Shown here in pieces: positions 13,470-27,300 of a stretch of 64,000 nt of DNA. Made by a program: the position numbers and the translations under genes. Under the pieces are notes generated by a model. It searched no databases, was not told where the DNA came from, and saw nothing but the letters and a program-made list of their open reading frames with translations. Within the stretch, counting starts at the first letter, position 1. Each line of letters begins with the position of its first letter. Origin of the DNA: Syncephalis fuscata S228 (Eukaryota; Fungi; Zoopagomycota); contig JAHLTZ010000066.1 in NCBI GenBank assembly GCA_025786725.1, positions 1,379 to 65,378 of the forward strand, read 5' to 3'.

Positions 13470-15610
13470 TTACTGTCCATCTGCCTTAAGAGAGGTACGT
13501 CCTGCACGCATCATTTCATCTACAAGTAGTAGATTGCTAGCAATGACAGCACTATAGTCATAATGGATACGTATATACATATATTAGTATCAAATAAGTA
13601 TATTATTTATGCTTGCACCACTTACCAAGAGTTCAACTGGTGTCGCAATACACGGTAGTTATCGTAAATGCCTTCGGTTGTAGGATCCATAACCTCGCCT
13701 GTTTGCAAGTCAACACCGACTACGTGTCCTTCCGCTTGCTCCTCCTATCAATTTACAATCAGATAATTGTCACTAATTTATATTGTAAACTAGCCTACCT
13801 GAAGCGATACAATAACATCTTGGGCATCAAAACCGCCATTCTGCGCCAATACCTTTGGAATAATAAGCAAAGCATCGGCAAATGCTTGCACACCCATACG
13901 TGTACGGCCCTTGACGGTTTCCTTCCATTTTTGCAAATGAGCTGCACAAGCAACCTGGAAGGCACCGGCACCAGGTACAACTTGACCGTCTTCGATACAG
14001 TTTTTAACGGAACGTAGACCATCACGGATAGCATCTTGGATTTGCTGTAGTGTATGTGGATTTGGACCCTTGACCAATAAAGTGACCGACTTTGGCTCGT
14101 TGACTTCCTCGACAAACGTGTACTTTTCCTCGCCAAGTACATGCTCGTATACAAGACCGGCATAACCAAGCACATCGGGGGTTAGATCGTCGACCGAATT
14201 TTGTGCTGAACCACCGCATACTAATTGCAAGCTATAACAACAACAACAACAAAGTGGTTAGTATTTATAAACTATACATTGAATATGTTATTACCGTTCC
14301 ATATTACGACGCTTAGCACGACGTAGTGCCAGAATACCGCTTTTAGCCAACATGTCAAGCGACAATGGGTCAATGCCCTTTTGATTGATGATAACAAACG
14401 ATTTATCGGTACCATCGCATACTTGCTTCTTGAAATCAACAAGCTTACGAACACGGTCGTCGATGAATTTACGTTCAGACTCAATGAGCTTTTCACGCTT
14501 TTCAGCGCTGCTGTAGAAGAAGCTTGAGTTGACTTCGCTACAATCACACCATTTGGCTGGTTAATGATTGCACCATGCTACACTGATGTACTTACGTTTT
14601 CTCGTATTCAAGCGAGACGTTTAGCGTCAATATAAAGGCGTTTTTAACACGTTTGGGCATGTCTGGATGACGTGCGCCGTGGTCAAGCACTAAACCACGT
14701 ACCAATCGAGTATCAATATCACGACGATGTGGCATCTTCATAATTTCAACCATATGCAGATCAATTGGCTCATTTTCACGCTTAATGCAGAGTACTGCAT
14801 CGACAACAGCCTCAGTCAATGAGTCGGCAAGACTAGAATAAACCTTGGTACCGAGGGAGGTGCGTGCAACAGAGATCAATAATTCACGGTCAATGGTTTT
14901 CTTAATACGGAACTCATCAAGGAACTGTATATTTAGTTGGTTAGAAAATACTTAAAAACATGATAAAATGTCATACTTGCCTTGGTAGCTTCCTTCTTGG
15001 CCAATTCAAATCCTTCAGTGACCACTCGTGGATGAAGACCTTCAGACACATATCGTTCGGCCTGTTTAAGCAGTTCACCCACTAATAGAACAACTGAAGT
15101 AGTACCGTCGCCGGTAATGTCATCCTGAGCAGTAGCAGCACGAGCAATCATAGCAGCAGTTGGATTTTGGATTTGCTGATGGATAATAGTGTTAGTATTT
15201 ATCGTAATAAAGTCATTAAACATAGTAAACATATTAATACTACTTACCATCTCACTTAACAATACTTTACCGTCCTTGGTAAGTCGGATACTGCCGGCAC
15301 CGTCTACCAGCCTACATTTTGCATTATACATCAGTGTCATTTCCTAATAACAATACCAGTATAATATACTAGTAAAATACTACAAATTGGTATTGACTTA
15401 CATCTTGATCGTGCCTTTTGGTCCCAGATTGGACCGTAATACTTCTTGTAGACCGATCGCAGCATTAACACTCAATTGTAGTGCTTGACCACGACGTGCC
15501 ACGTCCGAGGACGGGTTGATGAGCTTCATAGAAGATGCCCTGTTAATATGACGTTTCGCGTTCATTAATCATCTGCCAATCTTTAGCTATAGTAGACCAT
15601 CAACTTACAT
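13470..15610 (-). CDS. CCT6: T-complex protein 1 subunit zeta (chaperonin CCT6)
   Basis: [76 protein letters not shown]. The start codon is split AT|G by intron 15540-15608. Confidence 0.97.
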
Positions 15611-16043
15611 GCTGTTACAACAACCTGATTATTGACAAAAAACCAAAGAAGGCAGGTGAAAGAAGATAGAGTTGCTATTACGGCTGTACTCGAGTGAGAG
15701 ATGGAACAAACTGCGTCGCGATCTGATGTGTTTAGAAAGGTGTTGGTGTGCGTGTGCGTGTGTGTGTGGCGCGCAGTGATGTAAAAATCATGACGATGCT
15801 ATCATAAAAATTATTTATTCTAAAAACTATTGGTTTTATTGACTATGCTATTTACTAATCGCATTTTTACTGACATATAATTGATTATTTACATCCACAA
15901 GCTAATAAATTAATAAATGACAATGTGCACACTACACATTAATAAAATATAACATATAATGGCACACATTATGAAGAAATGGCATAAAATGATAATGCTG
16001 AGCCATGCAGCGTAGCAATAGAAATTTATTCTGTAATCGCCAT

Positions 16044-17764
16044 TTACTGGGCGGCGATAGGGGCAGGCTGGACTGGCTCTGCAGCAACTGGAGCTGGCTT
16101 GGCAAAGTCCTCGGAGATTGGAGCAGTGATAGGCTCCTCTTCCTTGGGTTCCTATAGTCATTATAGTACATATATTAATAAATCTGATTTACTATATTAT
16201 CTTCGCCTATTAACTTACCATGATGGTGACCACATCTGGGAGTGGGGTCTTTGGGCCGGAGCGACCAGTTGGATCGCAGTCCAACATAATCTTGACCTTA
16301 ACACCAAGGACACCTAATCAATGGTCGTAATAATAATATAATAATTGATAAGTAATGTGCTATAATAGCCGCTTTGTATCATTGTAACTTACCCTGGCGA
16401 AGCATAACGTGGCGCACAGCAGTATCAATGTAGTCACGAGCTGGTTGACCGGAGTGGATCATGAAACCGTCGGTGAACTTCATAGCCTTGGCACGAGCAG
16501 CACGAAGCTTGCCGCTGACAACGACTTCGCAGCCTTTGGCACCAGCTTCCATGATCATGCGAACAACACCGTAGCAGGCACTAAATAAATAGTATTTAAT
16601 AAATCAAATGCATCATCATTAGCTACTATTCGTAAAAATATTTGTTAAATATGCTAATAAGCACGTAGTCTAGATGTCTTGTCATTGCTACAAACTAGCT
16701 TGACATATTCTATTGTTCCGTTGACCTCATTATCATAAACAGTACACTTACCGACGCACAGCCAAACCGGAGAGGAGCTTGGCCTTGAGTGACTCAGCTT
16801 GAGCAACGGCGCAGAGACCACGGACGGCAACACGTTCAGCGTAAAGCTCAACAGTGTTCTCTGGGAAGTTGAACGCTTTTGAACCAAAGAGGTCAATTCG
16901 CGAATGCGACGGCCCTTGTCGCCAAGAACATCCTGAGTTTGAGTGGCACGGATGATAATTTCGGTACGTGCTGGAGTGACACGAACCTCACAACCGCTAT
17001 ATCCCTCGGCGGACAACTCGCGGGTGAAGAACTCGTTGAGTTCGGCGTAGAACACACCGTCAGCGACAAACTATAATATAGTAGTTAGCACATATACTAA
17101 TAAACAGCTTTATAAACCATATATTCGCAATCACCAACTACGCCATAACAATGATACAACAGCAATAACAACAATAGCTAGTGTTTCATCGCGTAATAGT
17201 ATTACTACAATAAACTACACAATAACTGTTTGTTATGTCCAGTATTCAGAATTCCACATGTACGTGCATTATGCAACAGTCGTAAACGACCGGCATTCGG
17301 ACAAGAGGTGTCAGAATATATTGCGGTAACTCATCATTAAACTGGACATACACTACTGACATGAACTCTACAGCTCCTATTATTATCAGTTTAGTGCATG
17401 CGATGTCTCTCTCGCGTTAACTTTTGGACATATACTATATCCACCCGCCCATGCAATTATAGATTACTCGTCATCTATATGCATTCAATATCAATCCATC
17501 TATCCATCCATCCATCTATTTATCTATATAAATATCTATGTATGTATGTATGTATGTATGGCGGTGTATCTAGCTATTGTCATCATGGCATCATTGCGCC
17601 GTCATAATTGTTATCGCGTTATATGGATGTATCTATAACATCCATCCATCTCTATACATCTGATTCGCGCCTCCCTGCCATCTACAATAATACTGCCGAT
17701 GGCTATCTATAGCATATCTTATGTATATACGCACCTTGCGCTTCTTGGAGATCTGAGCAGCCAT
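16044..17764 (-). CDS. RPS3: 40S ribosomal protein S3 (uS3)
   Basis: [10 protein letters not shown]|[61 protein letters not shown]. Long intron 1 (17071-17734). 1-nt deletion near 16873. Confidence 0.97.
17234..17350 (-). ncRNA. Intronic box C/D snoRNA, snR48/SNORD60(U60)-like guide for LSU rRNA
   Basis: On the minus strand: perfect 10-bp terminal stem TATGTCCAGT/ACTGGACATA, C box ATGATGA (17337-17331), guide TTCTGACACCTCTTG before a CCGA D' box, D box CTGA (17249-17246). The guide is complementary to LSU rRNA AGAGGUGUCAGAA. Confidence 0.85.
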
Positions 17765-18038
17765 GTTTGGATGGATGGAGAGGGAGAGCACGAGTGCTGT
17801 GTGAGCCGGGTGTCACGGCGGCTTTTGGTCTGCCAGTTGTTCTGGGTGAAAGAGGAGGTGCTTTCACTAGGGAATAGTAACAGTTTCTAATGTCTACAAT
17901 ATTACTTCACTACACTACACACACACACACACATATTTACATTCACACATCTATATTACACAGACTGCTTGTTCATTATAGTAGATTACACAACAACAAC
18001 AACAACAGCTACAAGTAGTCTATACTACACACTTAATC
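17765..18038. promoter_or_regulatory. Compact bidirectional promoter region, RPS3 / NAR1
   Basis: Head-to-head start codons are only ~275 bp apart; CA-rich tract on the NAR1 side. Confidence 0.6.
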
Positions 18039-20088
18039 ATGTCTTTCTCGAGTGGTTAATTCTTACGGATCTTAATGATTATATTGCACCCTCACAGGCA
18101 TGCATTAAACCTGTAGAAGTAAAGAAGCCGGGTGTGACCAATGGACAAGATCAGGTAAATATTGCAAACAAAAAGACTTCAAACAATAGTATTAATAGTA
18201 CTATATATATATATATATATGCTAGTCAGCAATCCGTATCGATGATAGCGGCCAGTACTACGAAGTAGGCCACGACGGAGGAGAGACAAAGCTAGAGACG
18301 GCCAGTATTACGCTAAACGATTGTTTAGCCTGTAGGTGAGTTGTTAAAAGTAATTTGTACAATATTACGATGGTAATAACAACTGGCCACAATTAGTGGC
18401 TGTATAACATCGGCTGAAAGTGTTTTAGTGGCAATGCAATCACATGAAGAATTACTTTCAATACTAAACGAGAATGCAGCACATATTCAGTCAGGAATGG
18501 CTGATCAAACACGTATGGTGATTGTATCCATCTCTCCTCAATCTCGCGCTTCACTGGCTGCAAAATTCAATCTAACACCACTTCAAGCTGCTCGTCGTAT
18601 TACTTATGCACTTAAGCATATGGGTGTACACCATGTACTTGACACGTCATTTTCACGTGATATCTCACTGTTAGAAAGTGCACGAGAATTTACAGAACGT
18701 TTTCGTCGATGGAAAGATGAAAATGGTGCGGCGATTAGTGAACAGCATAGCATGCCTATGTTGGCATCTGCCTGTCCAGGTAAATAGTCTTATAGTTATA
18801 GGGTACTATTTTAACATATATATAGGCTGGATTTGCTATGCTGAAAAGACACATGGATTTCTAGTTCCTTATATCAGTGCTACAAAATCGCCACAACAAA
18901 TTATGGGTGCATTAGTCAAGGATTATTTTGCTAGTCAGCATAATATTAGGTAATTTTATATGTAAATAATAATATTCTAGACTAATACTTATATGCCGTT
19001 AGTCCCGAACGAATCTATCACGTTTGTGTTATGCCATGCTATGATAAAAAGCTAGAAGCATCTAGGGAAGACTTTTACAGCGATATTTATCGAACACGCG
19101 ACGTTGACTGTGTGATATCGACTGGTAGGTTGATTATTGTTGTAGCCAACTGTCAGCTTAGTATATGACTAATTATTATTTATAATTCATTAGGCGAAAT
19201 GGATAAATTACTAATGGAACAGTCGATTACATTGGATAATTGCAATGAATTGCCATTAGATACTATGTAAGTATATTAGATACTTATTAATATAAATGCC
19301 ATTGTTACTAAATAGTATTATTATGACTATTATTATTATAGGTTTGCAAAATGGCGTACATCATCCATTAGTCAAGAACAAGAACTGCTTGGATCATCAG
19401 GCAGTGGTTCTGGCGGCTATTTGGAATATATTATGCGCTATGCAGCTCGTGAACTATTCCAAATAGACAATGTTGATGTTGCAGCAGAACAAGGTGTAAC
19501 AATACGTACAGTAAGAAATGCAGATTTTCGTGAAGTAACTTTGGAAGTAAGTAATAATAGCTTTAAATCCATTTAAATAGTTAAACAAGCTTAATAGAGT
19601 GCAACTGGAGAACCACTATTGAAATTTGCAGCCATTTATGGATTTAGAAATATACAAAATCTAGTTCGTAAAATGAAGACACGTCGTGCACAATATCACT
19701 ATGTTGAAGTTATGGCATGTCCATCAGGTTAGTGGATATTCTCTAATTTATAACACACCCTTATTAAAGTTGCTATTGCATTGACAAGGCTGCGTTAATG
19801 GTGGAGGGCAACTTCGACCACCAACATCAGTATCTGCCAAGGAATGGTTTACACGAGTAGACGCAATTTATCATTCAGTGCATAGTCAATTACCAGAAGA
19901 AAATGCAGATGTCATTAATGTATATCAGTAAGTAGAAGATGGTCTAAATAGCCTGCCATCTAACAATTATACAACTATTTAGGCAATGGTTAGGCCAACC
20001 AGGATCAGAACGTGCCTTAAAAGCACTACGTACATCCTATCGGGCCATCGAGGAAACAACTGCTAATCCATTGGCCGTTAAATGGTAG
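18039..20088 (+). CDS. NAR1: Cytosolic Fe-S cluster assembly factor Nar1 (NARFL/CIAO3, hydrogenase-like)
   Basis: [93 protein letters not shown]. Conserved terminal Trp (LAVKW*). 1-nt deletion near 18056. Confidence 0.95.
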
Positions 20089-20295
20089 TCATATTAAGCC
20101 ATGTTACAATAAAACAATTATTTTGCACAGTATGTATTGGTTATTATGTTTACTTTGTTTGGCAAAGTAACAAATACAGTAGAATAAATGGATTAGCATC
20201 AAATATTTCTGTTGTTTACGATTACTAATGTATGTGAGTGTGGGTATCTTTTGTGATGAAAATGATGATGATGATGGTCGTTGTTATGACGACAA

Positions 20296-20640
20296 TTATG
20301 TAGACGCGGCAGTTGTCGTGGTAGTCGTTTCTGGCGCTTGAGCCTCTGGATTCTGTCGTCGATGATCCCAAATACGATAAAGCTGGTAAAGACCCGTCGC
20401 ACCGACAAAGATATTAACACTTAACAACGAGTAGTTGACGGGTATGATCTGCGTGCTGTAACGCGACCAGATGACACCAGTGGCTGCAAGCGCAACATTT
20501 TGAGAAACACTTAGTGTCTCGGCCGGTTTACGCATATCGTTTAATCCGGCAATAACTAGGCCCCACTTCATGGCCGGTGCCCAGAAATGGATCGTCTTTG
20601 GGCCGGCGGGATGGTTTAAGAAACGCTGGAATGCCGACAT
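20296..20640 (-). CDS. MPC2: Mitochondrial pyruvate carrier 2 (intronless)
   Basis: MSAFQRFLNHPAGPKTIHFWAPAMKWGLVIAG, ALAATGVIWSRYS, IIPVNYSLLSVNIFV. Confidence 0.93.
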   Translation of the reverse strand: MSAFQRFLNHPAGPKTIHFWAPAMKWGLVIAGLNDMRKPAETLSVSQNVALAATGVIWSRYSTQIIPVNYSLLSVNIFVGATGLYQLYRIWDHRRQNPEAQAPETTTTTTAAST

Positions 20641-21039
20641 GGTGTAGAAAAACAAAACAGCAAGTGAAAAGAAAGAAGCAAAGAACAAAGTACTAAGTCA
20701 ATAAGTCGTGTTTATTTAATTACATCAAGACAGTGTCACCGTATTAATTCAAATACTTTAATTGCATAGAGTAGCGTATTGTATAATACGGGCATATATA
20801 TATATACATATAAATAGTATTTATTTTACATTTTAAATATTTTAGCTTAAACATAACTTAACGATTAAGCTAGTGTACATGTGTAATTAATAAAATGATA
20901 ATATTAATGTATTACACTTGCATTAAATAAAACTATATTTATATTGTTTGATTTAATTATAACAATGGCTTATTATTTAATTACTATTGCATTAATGTTA
21001 AATAATTTATTAGATGTTCAGTATGATTTAATATTAAAT

Positions 21040-21150
21040 AGTTATATTTAATAATACTCACACAACTGAACATGGAGCTAGGAGTAATCCATATCAATGA
21101 TTAAAATACTTGGCATATCTTCATTATCCAATATGTATATATATTCCGCT
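21040..21150 (+). repeat. Degenerate arm of the dispersed repeat family
   Basis: tttaataatactcac...gaacatggagctaggagtaatccat...aaaatact...cattatccaatatgtatat matches the reverse complement of 61700-61815. Confidence 0.45.
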
Positions 21151-22193
21151 TATCCATATTGTTATCGTGGTATAATCACTTTATCATATAATAGCCATTG
21201 TTTACTTGTTGTAGAGTTTAATGCACTTCACTCATTCCGCTTATTGAATCGTACACATTATGGAAATTATTAAATGAGAAATAGATTACAGTGTTTTGAT
21301 TAGTGTGTATAACAAGTACTGTTTTTATGGTTGTAAGTAAATGAAGTAAAATTAAAAGGGCTACTTGATGTAATAAGCAATTTTTAATTATAATAAAATA
21401 CTATGAAATGTCACCGACGTCGTAGAACGTGTAAAAGTGTTGACTATGTATTTGAAATCGTGTTGTGATCAGAATGCGCAATGACAGTTGTATATGGTGA
21501 TTAGTATATGGTAAGTTTCATGAGTGAACCAATACATAATTCTAATTATTTCCATTTTCTATTATTATTAATAATATGATATAATTACATTTGCAGGTTA
21601 GTAATTAGTTGATACAAACCATTATGCTAAATAAAAACCATTAACATAAGATTGGTCTTGATCAGAATGTAATGCACACAATTTGTTTTAAAAACCTTGA
21701 AGTATTTTATAACTATTTGAACATAAAACTAGGATAGACACAATAGCAGTAGGCTTATCAGTGTTTGCAATATAGGGATAGTCAGTTAATTGCCATCACC
21801 ACGCCATATAAAGCAATTCAATTAGATTATTTTGGTATAATTTGATTAGGAGCCACAATTCAAACCACGCAATATACCATTCGACCAATGGCTGAATTAC
21901 ATTCGAGTATACAAAAGCTTGTATTGTTTCAGCTATTTTTGTTCTAGCTTATATACCTCGTGTATATTTCCAAATTTTAAACTGATCTTGTGTGCATTCC
22001 AAATACAGCTGACCAAGTTTGATGTTTCTTCTTTTGTAGATTAGCCACAAATGTCAATGTTCCAAGCTATAAAGCGAAAGCATATTTGCTTTGCCTACCT
22101 ATTATCAACATCAACCAGTTCACTTTTAAATCTTACATTTTTACATTTCTACTTTTTACGAATTTCTATATCGCCAACAAAAAACGATCTATA

Positions 22194-23139
22194 ATGATAT
22201 TTTCAAGCAATTTTAACGCTATTGTCGCCATCTATATCCTAGGCTTGGTATTAACTGTCCAGGATGCTGCTGCCGTGCCTGGCCTGTTTGGAAAGAAAAG
22301 TGTGTAACTATACCAATGAATTGCATTCCAAAACAAAAATTGCTAACGTGCATCTAGGCTATAAAATAAGTGAACTACCCAATCTCTCGCTCAATCAAAT
22401 AGCCGAGTTTATTCCATCTCCAATTCGTGTTGAGTCTACGTTTAAGTGTGCTGATGACGTATGCTATGCCCAAGGAAAAAATTCTAATAAAGGCGTTACT
22501 ATTGTGTGTGGCGATGACAAGAAAGACAATCCCAAAGACCGGACTCTTCAAGTGTATCGAGTATGTACTAATGGTCCTTGTTAAACAGCCATTAACCAAC
22601 TGGTATACTAAACAGAGTCTTTCAAGTTTTATTCCAAGAAAGACGATTTCCATATATAAAGGAACTCCAATTTCCGTTCCCAAATATTTTAATTTGAACA
22701 ATGGTATTTGCTATATCGCTTCAGATACTTGTCACGTGAGCCTCAGCGAATTTAAGAATCAAGTTAGTGAACGTTATGTAAGAATTAGGGTTATTATGGA
22801 AGCCCGATTAAAAGACGAACTTATGATGGGTAAATGACTATAAACTATCGTATTATGCTTTATTAACGGCAAACTAGGCATGCTTCATATATATGGTGCT
22901 GGATGGTTTATGATTTGAAGCCAGAGAGTAAGTTTATGGTTCATGGCTTGTTGATCTGCTAATGCTGGTAATTGATAGATATTTGCTTAAACGAGGAAGA
23001 TTACATTACGTTTAGTAATTATAAAAATGCACAGAAATTGAAGATTTTTACAACTTCTGCAAAAACTAGTATGTTTACAGTGCAATCCAGAATTAATCCA
23101 CTAGTTGAAAAGTTTGCAAGAGAACATCTAGATCTCTAG
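22194..23139 (+). CDS. Secreted, truncated kinase-like (pseudokinase) protein, candidate effector
   Basis: Signal peptide MIFSSNFNAIVAIYILGLVLTVQDAAA. Three short introns (first 22300-22357). Spliced catalytic-loop-like GMLHIYGAGWxYDLKPENICL, with NYK at the DFG position. Needs ~3 one-base repairs, so it could be a pseudogene. Confidence 0.6.
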
Positions 23140-24359
23140 TAGCTGACGCGTCAACTTAAATACAAACTTTGAATAATGTCTAGTAATTGATTATACTTTT
23201 TGTATCATTAAAGCCATACATTCATCATAAATGCAATTGCATTAGACAGTACTTTTATAGTACAACCAAACACAATAAACCTATTGTTGACAATCAAACC
23301 AATCTAATTACCATATATTGAACAATTTAATTATTATACATTTGTTGTTTACTATGTAGCAATATATAGCTTATGAATATTTAATTCCCATAAATATTAA
23401 ACAACTATAGTGATATTGGTGATCCAATGGGCTTATATTACTTATATGGCCCATATGACACTACATGTTATTATAACACCATTCAAACTGTTTTTATCCG
23501 TTCTAATAATGTCGCATTACAATTCATTGTTATAATCTAGTGCAATCAATATCAAATGTTATCATCATTATTTTATATATTCATCCTACTCTATCTCGTT
23601 ATTTCTATTAATATTGACACCTATAATATAACTATACTTACAATATACATTGAACACTAATATCAATATGTCATTTAATTTAACGTGTTAGTATTTAAAT
23701 AATAATAATAATAATACTGATAATATATCAATGTTATACTATGTAAATCATTTGTAACTGTACTAATATAAAATACCATTACATTAAATGACTATATCTA
23801 TTTTAGTTTTTGAATCATTTACAGCAACAACATCCGTCTCTATCCAATCACGTGACATCAAGATGTTAATTATTTGGCACTTCAGAAAACTCTTTCGCTT
23901 CATCTTGCTTATTGCTGAACACCATCTCTACTTGTTTGAAAACGACGACGTTCAAGTATTCAGTGCATTCTTGCAACTAATTATACGCTCACATCTAAGC
24001 GGGCGTGTTTCTATTAACACTGCCGCTTACTGTCAATTACCTGTTCTTTTCCTATTTGTTGTATATGCTTTTATTTCTCTGTGTCACTCTTTCTGTGTGT
24101 GCATGCGTTAACCGTCGCTCGTTAATAGTATATCTAACCAACCAACCAACCACCCGTTGTTTGTATTCTTTAAAAGAACACATTACGTGGTTCCAAGCAA
24201 CATACGTCGTTAATAACTACAAAGTAAGTAGATATTGTAACCATGTAGTTGTAGTATATCATAGATATTAATATGACAAATACTATATGGAATTACTAAT
24301 AATCGTGCTTATACTATGAATTACATAGCAATTCCTTATTGTTTGCCGACGGGTAGTGT

Positions 24360-27300
24360 ATGCCCATACGCTGGTTCTATGACCAACCACGTACGCTAAA
24401 TAACGACGATCTATTACACCAACCGTTATTCTCAGACCATCTATTAAATAGTAATATGGAAGAAGAAAAATATTTGGAACAAGCAAACGAGTACTACAGT
24501 CCTGAATCTAGCGATCAAGAGATGGAACGCGAAGAACTTGAAAAAGATAATCGCGACAAATTAAAGGATCAAGAACTAGAAGATGTATTTGATGAAGAAG
24601 AAAACGATGAAGATGAAGAAGTAAAATTAAAGAGTCGCTCACTTGATGAAGAACTTGACGATGATGAAGATGAAGATGAAGATGAAGATGATCAAATATT
24701 GACAGTTACACTGGATGAACTTATGTCACCAAGTGTTAATACTAGTACTACTACTACTGAAGATATATCAAAAGAAATACCAACATCTACATCTGCGACT
24801 ACAACAACTACAACTACAACAACGCAAATAGAAGAAGAAGGGAAAGTAAAGACCCAAACTATGGTTACCGAGGAGATTATTACTGAAGAAATATTAGTAG
24901 TAGAGGGTGAAGAAGTAGATGAACAGTATAATGAAGAAGTAGCAATAGTAGAAGAAGAAAGTGCAGTAAATGAAGCAGTTGTAGAAGTAGAGGAACAAGA
25001 TGAACAAGAAATAGCCGTAAATGAAGAAGAGGAACATTATAATGAAGAAGAACATTATAATGAAGAAATAGCGGCCATAAGTGAAGAAATAGCCATGATT
25101 GAAGAAGAAATATCCGTAGTAGAGGAAATAGCGGCTAGTGAAGTAGAAGGACAATATAGTGAAGATAATGAAGAACCGTATAGTGAATATAATGAAGAAC
25201 CGTATATTGAATATAATGAAGAAGAACAGTATACAGAAAGTGAAGATGACGATAAAACATCCTCTGTCATTTCTATTTCTATGACTGATATGCAAATGGC
25301 TTCTATTGATTCACAATCAACATCATCTGAAAACGATAAATACAATTCTTTAATCATGGATTCTGTATCTAATACCGTAACTACTACTACTGAACAACAA
25401 CAAGTAGAACAAGTAGATATTAATAACACATTATCAACAACAACAGACTCTTCTATATTATCTACTAAATTAAGTGTACCTCGTTCTCCACGTATCCGTC
25501 CTCAAGCACTGACTATTGTTCCACCGACTACTGCTGCACTGTCTACACTCGATCAAATACCTGAATTCGATCTATCTTCATCTCCACCGCCTATTGTAGT
25601 CAATTCATTAGATGAAGTGGCCATTAGTGTACCTCTACCCCGATCACCTCGTATTAGACCGTATTTAATGGCCGATATGGCTTCTGACACCCTTGACTAC
25701 ATGGAAGGAGAAGAGAACCCGCCATTACGACATTAGAAGAACTATTTGATCCACCTCATTCACCATCTTCATTATCATTAGACCAATTAATACCCAGATC
25801 TCCTAGAATACGCCCTATATCCAACCATTCTAGTATTTGTGGTGATATTGAACCACAAGAGTTGGATGATTCAGATTTATCTTCATTAGATGGACATCCA
25901 TGATGTTACCACCATCTCCATTGGTGGAACCATCGATGTTATTACAGTATAATACTATGGACCATCAAGTAGTCTATGGTAATACAAGTACCGGTCATAT
26001 GATTACTGAACAGCCTGGTGTACTTTCCATGTCTATTAATGAAGGATTAAATGTGAATAGAACACGTAATTTAACGGTACATCAACGATCAGCCGCACCT
26101 TCTCCTACTTCATCCATGGGTGGATCTCCATTATTACCGCAACCCATACATTTGATTTCAATGTAAGTATAAGTATAGATATAATTAATTAATTAATTAA
26201 TTAATTAATAATATATAGGAGTCGGTATCTCCAGTAGAATTCATTCCAAATTATAATGTAGCCACTACGGCTAATACAGATACCACTGCTTGGTCTGACT
26301 CATCACCTTATGGTGTTACTGTTATGTCATTGCCTTCATATACAGTTAATGATAAACAAGTAGTAACCATGAGTGAAGAGAAGATGGTATTTGAAGATAC
26401 TGATCATCATCATCATAACAATAATGGTGGTGAATTTAAACCTACAACAACAACACAACTACAACAACTACATCTATGAATGGTCTAGAAGGATATACAG
26501 TCTATAATCCATGGGAGAATGCAGTCAGTCCATTAGTACGTCCTATAGTTGTAGTATCACGTCCACCATCACCTGGATCTAATCTAGAAGTATCATCGCC
26601 ATTATTATTACCTCAATCAAGCATTGAAATAGAAGGAAAAGACAAAGAACCATATGCTGTAACCGTGCCTATTATTATTGAAGATATGAATGATATTGAA
26701 GATACAAATATTGATCATATTGATCAATTATCTTCTCCAGTAACTGCTAAGGCTCAATGGCACACTTCAATGTCTATTGCTACATTTGAAGAGAATCTAG
26801 TTCAAATTAAACAATCAGCCGATGAAGCAGATGAACCAGTATCTAATGAAGATGCTTCATTTATATCGAATGATGCCTCTTCAATAGCCTCATTTAATCA
26901 AGAAGAAAGAGAAGAAAAGGAGAAAGAGTAGAAAGAGGAGGAGGAGAAGAAGAAAGAGGAGGAGAAGAAGAAGAAGAAAATGTGTCATTACGACCAATAT
27001 ACTAAATAATAATAATGATGATGAACAAGTAAGTAAATAATATAATATACATAATATACATAATATATATAATATATATAATATATATACATATATACAT
27101 ATATAATATATACTAATATACATAATATCTATTAGATTATTGACTCTAATAATGATCATTTAATACACCATTTAACTGATCAACCAATAGATCATAGTAT
27201 AAATGAATCTATTAATGAAGATAGTTCAATCAATGATATTGTATACAAAGATACACGTAAATCCACTTTGGCCATTCTAGTAGAAGAAGCGGCATTACAC

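Noticed and set aside
16581-16751. Second snoRNA in the enlarged (171-nt) RPS3 intron 2
   Set aside because: No C/D pair; only chance-level ANANNA and ACA matches without convincing hairpins. An Rfam scan would settle it.
24894-25429. Hydrophobic antisense ORFs over VPS8 and similar shadow ORFs over other genes
   Set aside because: They are reverse-complement artefacts of GAA/ACA-rich low-complexity coding sequence.
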